Shown: positions 26,432 through 32,000 of the stretch, piece by piece
How the letters are laid out: each line of letters opens with the position of its first letter
Numbering within the stretch: position 1 is the stretch's first letter
Source of the DNA: an uncultured bacterium
GTDB taxonomy: Bacteria; Bacillota_I; Bacilli_A; RF39; UBA660
DNA: 32,000 nucleotides
Assembly: GCA_949288335.1 (NCBI GenBank)
Contig: CASEJU010000068.1
Coordinates: 1 to 32,000 of the forward strand
Direction: 5' to 3'
Program-made: the position numbers and the translations under genes
The notes under the pieces: generated by a model
Database searches by the model: none
The model's input: only the letters and a program-made list of their open reading frames with translations
What the model was told of the DNA's origin: nothing

Positions 26432-26992
26432 ATGCATGTTTCAGCTGATAAAATCGTAGAAAAGATAAATGAAAACTTTTTATTTGTATTATCTTATGGT
26501 AATAGCAAAAGATTAGTTCCAATTAGTGTTTTTAAGTTAGCGGACATTGTAAAATCAGGAAGTTCACCTTATAATTATGGTACTTTATCCGATGATGATG
26601 TAATGGTTAAACTTATAAAATACGATTGTAATAACTTAGGTATGACAGAAAAAGAAATTATATACATGAGTTTTGATAAGTTTATTAAGCTTATTGGAAC
26701 GGCTTACATAAGAAATAATAAAGCCATAGTTGAAGATTTACTTAAAAAAGACGCTCGTAAAACGGATATATTAGATGCTATGCAAATTGTTAGTATGATT
26801 CTTTCTACTAATAAAGATTATGAGTTAAAAGTAAGACAATCTAAAACGTTAGATCAATTAGATGCAACCTACGAAGTTAATGGGGATGCTTTAGGTACTA
26901 ATTATAGTATTATTCCGTTTTATTATGATGAAGAAGTAAGATATCTAGATGATGAACTAAAACCTAAAAGCAAAGTTAAGAGTAATGTTTAG
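26432..26992 (+). CDS. Hypothetical protein, 186 aa, no recognisable family
   Basis: ATG26432 is preceded by AAAAAGGAG with 8-nt spacing. The track TTG26387 start lies inside the promoter and is rejected. No TM segment or signal peptide. Confidence 0.6.
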   Translation: MHVSADKIVEKINENFLFVLSYGNSKRLVPISVFKLADIVKSGSSPYNYGTLSDDDVMVKLIKYDCNNLGMTEKEIIYMSFDKFIKLIGTAYIRNNKAIVEDLLKKDARKTDILDAMQIVSMILSTNKDYELKVRQSKTLDQLDATYEVNGDALGTNYSIIPFYYDEEVRYLDDELKPKSKVKSNV

Positions 26993-27016
26993 GCATTGCT
27001 TTTTATTTATTTAAAA

Positions 27017-27025
27017 TGTTATAAT
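27017..27025 (+). promoter_or_regulatory. Extended -10 (TGtTATAAT) for ychF
   Basis: TG at 27017-27018 and TATAAT at 27020-27025. Confidence 0.5.
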
Positions 27026-27051
27026 ACCAAAGGAAAAAGGAAGTGATTTTT

Positions 27052-28149
27052 GTGTCTTTAACCGCAGGAATAGTAGGATTACCAAACGTAGGTAAATCAA
27101 CACTTTTTAACGCTATTACAAAAAAACATATTTTGGCGGCTAATTATCCGTTTGCAACCATTGAGCCAAACGTTGGAATGGTTACCGTGCCAGATAAAAG
27201 GCTTGATTTTTTAAATGAACTTGTAAAACCAAAGAGTTTAGTTCCGACAACGTTTGAATTTACTGATATTGCAGGACTTGTTAAAGGTGCATCACACGGA
27301 GAAGGTTTAGGAAACAAATTTTTATCACACATAAGAGAAGTTGATGCCGTAGTAGAAGTATTAAGGTGCTTTGATGATTCAAATATTACGCACGTAGAAG
27401 GTAAAACGGATCCAATTCGCGACATTGAAATAATAGACGTTGAGTTTATCTTCTGTGACTTAGAAGTAGTTAATAATAGACTTGGTAAAATAGAGAAAAA
27501 AGCCATATCTACAAAAGATAAAGATGCCCTAAAAGAAGTGGAACTTCTAAAGAAAATAAAAGAGGCTTTAGAAAATAATATTCCGGCAAGAAAACTAGAA
27601 TATACAAAAGATGAAGAAAAAATATTAAAAGCATATAACTTACTTACTAAAAAACCAGTAATATACGTTGCAAACATAAAAGAAGAAGACATAAATAAAG
27701 ATAATGATTATGTAAAACAGGTAAAAGAATACGCAAAAAAAGATAATGCTGAGGTAATCGTGTTATGCGCAAAAATAGAAGAAGAGTTAAGTGGCTTTGA
27801 AGACGAAGAAAAAAAGGCTTTCTTAAATGATTTAGGAATAGAAGAAAGTGGACTTGATAAGTTAATTAAAGCATCATATCATCTTTTAGGTCTTCAAACG
27901 TACTTTACCGCAGGACCTAAAGAAGTTAGGGCATGGACCTTTAAAAAAGGTATGAAAGCTCCAGAATGTGCCGGTATTATTCATAGTGACTTTGAAAAAG
28001 GTTTTATTAGAGCAGAAGTAATTTCTTTTGATGATTATAAGAAGTATAACGGCGAAAAAGGTGCTAAAGAAGCAGGTAAACTTAGAAGTGAAGGAAAAGA
28101 TTACGTAATGCAAGACGGAGACGTTTGCTTATTTAGGTTTAATAATTAA
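27052..28149 (+). CDS. ychF: Ribosome-binding / redox-regulated ATPase YchF
   Basis: SLTAGIVGLPNVGKSTLFNAIT (G1), DIAGLVKGAS (G3) and a C-terminal TGS-like GFIRAEV...DGDV. I prefer GTG27052 (MSLTAG...), consistent with YchF N-termini and RBS GGAAAAAGGAAG. Confidence 0.95.
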   Translation: MSLTAGIVGLPNVGKSTLFNAITKKHILAANYPFATIEPNVGMVTVPDKRLDFLNELVKPKSLVPTTFEFTDIAGLVKGASHGEGLGNKFLSHIREVDAVVEVLRCFDDSNITHVEGKTDPIRDIEIIDVEFIFCDLEVVNNRLGKIEKKAISTKDKDALKEVELLKKIKEALENNIPARKLEYTKDEEKILKAYNLLTKKPVIYVANIKEEDINKDNDYVKQVKEYAKKDNAEVIVLCAKIEEELSGFEDEEKKAFLNDLGIEESGLDKLIKASYHLLGLQTYFTAGPKEVRAWTFKKGMKAPECAGIIHSDFEKGFIRAEVISFDDYKKYNGEKGAKEAGKLRSEGKDYVMQDGDVCLFRFNN

Positions 28150-28161
28150 AGGATGATTAAT

Positions 28162-28530
28162 ATGAAATTAAAAGATATAAAAAATAAATTATTTGGTTTT
28201 TCTACTAAAGATTTGTATTTAGCGGAACTTATAATATATGAAAGTAAATATGCAGGTATATATGATGGTAAGTGGAAATACAATACTACCACGTGTCGTT
28301 TTCAACCGGAAAAATATATAATAGCAAGAAAAGAAAGTGGAATTGAACATAAATTTATAGATATTTTTACAGGCTCTTCATTTGATGATTTTAATAATTG
28401 TAGTTTAGAATTCACTGGAATTGTAGCAGCACCTGTCTCACCAATCATATCAAACAAAAAAAGAATAAAGTATAAAGATGCAGAAGAGATTTTATATACT
28501 AAAAACACAACATATATCAAAAAGAAATAA
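28162..28530 (+). CDS. Hypothetical protein, 122 aa, orphan, apparently co-transcribed with ychF
   Basis: ATG28162 lies 8 nt after AAGGA, which begins within the ychF stop codon (A28149). ATG28153 is an alternative start. No recognisable motif. Confidence 0.5.
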   Translation: MKLKDIKNKLFGFSTKDLYLAELIIYESKYAGIYDGKWKYNTTTCRFQPEKYIIARKESGIEHKFIDIFTGSSFDDFNNCSLEFTGIVAAPVSPIISNKKRIKYKDAEEILYTKNTTYIKKK

Positions 28531-28550
28531 TTAATTTTATTTCTTTTATT
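28521..28550 (+). terminator. Weak AT-rich hairpin, a possible leaky terminator
   Basis: AGAAATAA (28523-28530), loop TTAATT, TTATTTCT (28537-28544), then TTTATTT. The stem consists almost entirely of A-T pairs. Confidence 0.35.
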
Positions 28551-28573
28551 TATATATAAGAGGAGATTTTATT

Positions 28574-28795
28574 ATGTTGGTAAAAATACAAAAGTGTGGG
28601 AATTCATACTTGATTAGAATTCCAAAAAGTTTTTTAAAATCGCTTAGTTTAAATACAAATGATGAAGTAGATATTAGTATAGATGAAGAAAAAATAATAA
28701 TATCTAAAATTAATAAAAAAAATATTTCTTTAAAGAAAAGGATAAAAAAATATACCGGACAAAATCTTAGTAAAGATTTTAAGTGGGATGATTAA
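28574..28795 (+). CDS. MazE/AbrB/SpoVT-fold antitoxin-like protein with no adjacent toxin gene
   Basis: The swapped-hairpin signature VKIQKCGNSYLIRIPKSFLKSLSLNTNDEVDISIDEEKIIISK parallels MazE (KRWGNSPAVRIPATLMQAL.L..DDEV.I...DGKLIIEP). Strong RBS AAGAGGAG. It is followed directly by a terminator and the rpsF promoter. Confidence 0.7.
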   Translation: MLVKIQKCGNSYLIRIPKSFLKSLSLNTNDEVDISIDEEKIIISKINKKNISLKKRIKKYTGQNLSKDFKWDD

Positions 28796-28836
28796 AATGG
28801 CATGTTTAATTGAGTAGAATAATATAATTAAATATA

Positions 28837-28867
28837 AAAAGATGGTTTACATAAACTATCTTTTTTG
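28837..28867 (+). terminator. Rho-independent terminator
   Basis: AAGATGGTTT (28839-28848) pairs with AAACTATCTT (28853-28862) with one G-U pair, followed by TTTTT. Confidence 0.65.
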
Positions 28868-28874
28868 TTATAAT
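28866..28874 (+). promoter_or_regulatory. Extended -10 (TGtTATAAT) for the rpsF-ssb-rpsR operon
   Basis: TG at 28866-28867 and TATAAT at 28869-28874, abutting the upstream terminator T-run. Confidence 0.55.
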
Positions 28875-28879
28875 ACAAA

Positions 28880-28953
28880 GCGAGTAATGTGATTACTCTC
28901 TTGCCTTTAACTTTGCTTAAAGGCCGAATAGACCAGAAGAGGAGGAAAAAAGC
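28880..28953 (+). promoter_or_regulatory. Structured rpsF 5-prime leader, a candidate S6:S18 autoregulatory RNA
   Basis: Two perfect hairpins. One is GAGTAAT / GTG / ATTACTC (28882-28898). The other is GCCTTTAA / CTTTGC / TTAAAGGC (28903-28924), followed by CGAATAGACC and RBS GAGGAGG. Confidence 0.4.
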
Positions 28954-29241
28954 ATGAAATACGAAATTATGTTCATTGTTAGACCAAACATTGAAGAAGC
29001 AAACGTTAAAGAAGTTGCTAAGAACTTTGAGAAAATCTTAAAGGACAATGGAGCTAATGTAACATCTTCAAAGGATTTGGGACAAAAAGAACTAGCTTAT
29101 GAAGTAAAAGGTCATAAAACTGGTTATTATTTCTTAATTAACTTGGAAGCTAATGATGCAAAAGCTATTAATGAATTTGATCGTTTAGCTTTAATTAGTG
29201 AAGATATAATTCGTCATTTAATCGTAAAAGAAGATAATTAA
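28954..29241 (+). CDS. rpsF: 30S ribosomal protein S6
   Basis: MKYEIMFIVRPN...GQKELAYEV.GHKTGYY is the canonical S6 pattern. Confidence 0.97.
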   Translation: MKYEIMFIVRPNIEEANVKEVAKNFEKILKDNGANVTSSKDLGQKELAYEVKGHKTGYYFLINLEANDAKAINEFDRLALISEDIIRHLIVKEDN

Positions 29242-29258
29242 AAGAGAAGGAAATTATT

Positions 29259-29729
29259 ATGAATAAGGCATTTTTAATTGGAAGATTAACCAAAGATCCT
29301 GAATTAAGATATTCATCTAGTAATGCTGCAATAGTAAACTTTACGATTGCAATAGATAGACAATATACTAATAGTCAAGGTACTAGAGATACTGATTTTA
29401 TTAATATAGTTGCTTTTCAAAAGCAGGCTGAAAACATAAAAAAATACGTTGGTAAAGGTTCTTTGGTAGCTGTAGACGGTAGGATTCAAACTAGAAATTA
29501 CGAAGATAAGGATGGAAAGCGTGTATATGTTACTGAGGTTGTAGCTGATCGTGTTCAATTTCTTGATTCAAGAAATTCTGGAAATACTGCAGCATCTAAC
29601 GCAGAAGATAACGTATCACCCGCAGATTTTCAAACCGAAACAAACGTTAATGAAACTAATGTTTCTGACGATGTATTCGCTGATTTTGGTAGTAGTATAG
29701 AAATATCAGATGACGATATCGCATTTTAA
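29259..29729 (+). CDS. ssb: Single-stranded DNA-binding protein
   Basis: The OB-fold N-terminus MNKAFLIGRLTKDPELRY...TDFINIVAFQKQAEN, a disordered tail and an acidic tip DDDIAF. Confidence 0.95.
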   Translation: MNKAFLIGRLTKDPELRYSSSNAAIVNFTIAIDRQYTNSQGTRDTDFINIVAFQKQAENIKKYVGKGSLVAVDGRIQTRNYEDKDGKRVYVTEVVADRVQFLDSRNSGNTAASNAEDNVSPADFQTETNVNETNVSDDVFADFGSSIEISDDDIAF

Positions 29730-29753
29730 TAATTAGGAAAAGGAGGAATAACA

Positions 29754-29969
29754 GTGGCAGAATTTTTTAGAAAGAAAAAGAAAATTTGTCAAATGTGTGC
29801 CGGTAAGAGCGTAGATTATAAAGATCCAGAAATTTTAAGAAAATATATAAACGAAAAAGGTAAAATTTTACCTAGAAGAGTAACTGGAGCTTGCTCTAAA
29901 CACCAAAGACATATTGCACAACAAATAAAAAGAGCTAGAATGATAGCATTACTTCCATTTACAAAGTAA
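29754..29969 (+). CDS. rpsR: 30S ribosomal protein S18
   Basis: GTG start after [33 protein letters not shown]...[21 protein letters not shown] is the S18 signature. Confidence 0.95.
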   Translation: MAEFFRKKKKICQMCAGKSVDYKDPEILRKYINEKGKILPRRVTGACSKHQRHIAQQIKRARMIALLPFTK

Positions 29970-29973
29970 TTAT

Positions 29974-30010
29974 AAGAAAGCGTTCGTTTACGTATGCTTT
30001 CTTTTCTTTT
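29974..30010 (+). terminator. Rho-independent terminator
   Basis: AAGAAAGC (29974-29981) pairs with GCTTTCTT (29996-30003), followed by T-rich sequence. Confidence 0.7.
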
Positions 30011-30026
30011 AAATAATTAATAAGTG

Positions 30027-30035
30027 TGTTATAAT
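30027..30035 (+). promoter_or_regulatory. Extended -10 (TGtTATAAT) for rplI-dnaB
   Basis: TG at 30027-30028 and TATAAT at 30030-30035. Confidence 0.5.
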
Positions 30036-30070
30036 ATTTTTACGAGATTAATTAAAAAGGTGGGTTAATT

Positions 30071-30511
30071 ATGAAAGTAATATTTACAAAGGACGTTAAA
30101 GGTCAAGGCAAAGCCGGAGATATAAAAGAAGTAAAAGATGGTTATGCAAAGAACTTTTTAATAAGAAATGGCTATGCTGTTATATATACGGCAAGAAGTA
30201 AAGAAATACTTGATATAAGTAACAAAAATAAAGCTGATCAAGAAGCTGCTGAAATAAAAAAATGTGAAGCTTTGAAAAAAGAGCTTAAAGATAGAGTATT
30301 AACTTTTAAAGTAAAAACTGGTAAACAAGATCAGGTGTTTGGCAGTATATCTACCAAGCAAATAGCAACCGAACTAGACAAACTTGGATATAAAATAGAT
30401 AAAAAGAAAATTGTTTTAAGTGAACCAATTAGTTCACTTGGATATCATGAAGTTAAGATTAACTTGCATAAGAAGGTGCAAGCCGTAGTTACCGTTGAAT
30501 TAGTTAAATAA
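30071..30511 (+). CDS. rplI: 50S ribosomal protein L9
   Basis: MKVIFTKDVKGQGKAGDIKEVKDGYAKNFLIRNGYA is the canonical L9 N-domain. Confidence 0.96.
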   Translation: MKVIFTKDVKGQGKAGDIKEVKDGYAKNFLIRNGYAVIYTARSKEILDISNKNKADQEAAEIKKCEALKKELKDRVLTFKVKTGKQDQVFGSISTKQIATELDKLGYKIDKKKIVLSEPISSLGYHEVKINLHKKVQAVVTVELVK

Positions 30512-30532
30512 TAAGTTAAAGGAAGTGATAAA

Positions 30533-31876
30533 ATGGCAGAAAGAAAAATACCAGAATCAATTGAAGCAGAAAAAGCAGTCTTAGGCTCTGCCTTTTTATC
30601 AAAAGCTGCCCTTCAAAAAATGTGTGACGAATTATCTAGTGAGTATTTTTATAATGAAGCAAACGCTAAAATATTTGAGACGTTACAAGAGTTAAATGGC
30701 GAAGGCTCTGCAATTGATATAACGATTGTAACTAATAGGTTAAATGATAAGAAAATTCTAAGCCAGGTAGGGAACGTAGAATACTTATCAGAAATAATAG
30801 ATTCTGTACCATCAGCTTCAAACGTTGATTATTATATAAACATCGTAAAGGAAAAGATGGTTGCAAGAAAAATAATTGCAACCGCAACGGAAATAGCAAC
30901 TGATGCTTATTCATCAGAAGATTCTATTTATGATGTTTTAGATAATGCTGAAATGAAGATGTTAAGAATCGGAAACATGAGGAAAACAACTGAGTTTCAA
31001 AGCATTCAAGACGTTGCTTATAAAGAGCAGGCAAATTTAGAGAAACTAGCAGAACAAGCCTCTGAAATAACGGGACTTGCAACTGGATTTACTGATTTCG
31101 ATAAGTTAACCGCTGGATTACAACCTAATCAGTTTGTTATAATAGCGGCTCGTCCAGCGATGGGTAAAACGGCATTCATGCTTAATTTAGCTACTAACGC
31201 TGCAATGTACAGTAATAAAGCAGTTGCGGTGTTTAACTTAGAGATGAGTGCGGAGCAATTAACTAACCGTGTTCTTCAATCATTGGGTCAAATAAACGGA
31301 TCTAAAATGCGTACCGGAAGGCTTGAGCATAATGATTGGAAGCGTTTAAACGAAGCAATTAGTAAATTATCTGGCGTTAATTTATACATTGATGATACTC
31401 CTGGTATTACGGTTGGTGAAATAAGATCAAAGTGTAGAAGACTTTCTAATTCTGATAAAGGATTAGGTCTTGTTGTAATAGATTATTTGCAACTTATAAC
31501 CGGGCCTTCAAAAACCATTGGTAATAGACAACAAGAGGTATCGGAGATATCCCGTAGTTTAAAAATGATGGCACTAGAACTTGGTGTACCAGTTGTTGCA
31601 GCCGCTCAGTTATCTCGTGCGGTTGAGTCCCGTGAGGATAAAAGGCCTATAATGAGTGATTTAAGGGAATCTGGTTCAATTGAACAGGATGCTGATATAG
31701 TATCATTCTTATACCGAGATGATTATTATAATAAAGAAGCAAGACGGGATGATAATGCTAGCATAACTGAATTTATAATCGGAAAAAACAGATCTGGTCC
31801 AACAACTACGATAGAGCTTTTATTTAAAAAAGATACGTCTACTTTTGTTAATTTTCAAAGGGAAAGTGGGGAATAA
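30533..31876 (+). CDS. dnaB: Replicative DNA helicase (DnaB family; DnaC in B. subtilis nomenclature)
   Basis: N-terminal IPESIEAEKAVLGS, Walker A ARPAMGKTAF, VIDYLQL and SGSIEQDADIV motifs. No intein insertion. Confidence 0.96.
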   Translation: MAERKIPESIEAEKAVLGSAFLSKAALQKMCDELSSEYFYNEANAKIFETLQELNGEGSAIDITIVTNRLNDKKILSQVGNVEYLSEIIDSVPSASNVDYYINIVKEKMVARKIIATATEIATDAYSSEDSIYDVLDNAEMKMLRIGNMRKTTEFQSIQDVAYKEQANLEKLAEQASEITGLATGFTDFDKLTAGLQPNQFVIIAARPAMGKTAFMLNLATNAAMYSNKAVAVFNLEMSAEQLTNRVLQSLGQINGSKMRTGRLEHNDWKRLNEAISKLSGVNLYIDDTPGITVGEIRSKCRRLSNSDKGLGLVVIDYLQLITGPSKTIGNRQQEVSEISRSLKMMALELGVPVVAAAQLSRAVESREDKRPIMSDLRESGSIEQDADIVSFLYRDDYYNKEARRDDNASITEFIIGKNRSGPTTTIELLFKKDTSTFVNFQRESGE

Positions 31877-31881
31877 ATATT

Positions 31882-32000
31882 ATGAAAGTAATAAAAATCG
31901 GGTTAACGTATGTTATTTCAATTGCTGTTTCGGTAGCGATAGTTTTCTTTGTTAATTTTACAAATCGTTATCAGTTAAAGCCAAAGGAAGTATATAAGGT
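31882..32000 (+). CDS. 5-prime fragment of a membrane-anchored protein, truncated by the window end
   Basis: ATG31882 lies 5 nt after the dnaB stop. MKVIKIGLTYVISIAVSVAIVFFVNF... is a single hydrophobic helix. Only 39 codons are visible. Confidence 0.35.
   Translation, partial: MKVIKIGLTYVISIAVSVAIVFFVNFTNRYQLKPKEVYK

Noticed and set aside
27144-27692. 182-aa minus-strand ORF inside ychF
   Set aside because: It is a Ser/Phe/Thr-rich low-complexity translation. That is the expected mirror image of a Lys/Glu-rich + strand gene (GAA/AAA codons read as TTC/TTT). It has no RBS or promoter and lies fully inside a highly conserved gene, so it is a shadow ORF.
28797-28817. Mini-ORF MACLIE-stop just after the MazE-like gene, considered as a mazF remnant
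   Set aside because: Six codons carry no MazF/PemK signature, so it cannot be called a pseudogene.
1-32000. Window-wide look for tRNA, rRNA, CRISPR arrays, IS elements, integrases, DnaA-box clusters and long direct or inverted repeats
   Set aside because: None was seen by eye. Isolated TTATCC-containing words occur at about 3103, 15133, 16070 and 27143, but they are scattered, mostly intragenic and not full DnaA boxes.

Overview
Low-GC (about 30% by eye) Bacillota-type chromosomal segment using the standard genetic code: TGA is a stop and RF2 is present with its programmed frameshift. All supported genes but one are on the + strand. I found no tRNA, rRNA, CRISPR array, transposase or integrase. 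The backbone fuses two compacted Bacillus-type neighbourhoods. The first is prfB, a YitT-family gene, ftsE, ftsX, a coiled-coil M23 hydrolase, uvrB, uvrA, lgt, trxB-like and whiA. The second follows directly: parA, parB, an mscS-family gene, DUF951, ychF, rpsF, ssb, rpsR, rplI and dnaB. Accessory or orphan genes sit in the gaps of this backbone. They are a very AT-rich 279-aa orphan (6112-6951), a DUF4190/DUF4352 membrane protein between uvrB and uvrA, a solitary ArpU-like phage-type regulator (13127-13546), and a minus-strand DUF6273-like gene (15894-16388). Further on come an AbgT transporter, a FIST / aldehyde dehydrogenase / SDR operon behind a consensus promoter (21792-25281), and a two-gene cassette whose first protein shows a cryptic Cys-His-Asp transglutaminase-like signature (25367-26992). 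A 122-aa orphan plus a toxin-less MazE-like gene lie between ychF and rpsF (28162-28795). The best candidates for an undescribed system are the 25367-26992 cassette, the FIST operon and the ychF-rpsF insert. None can be assigned a function from sequence alone. Several ORF-track starts were corrected using RBS, promoter and terminator positions. All family calls come from motif recognition by eye, not from database searches.
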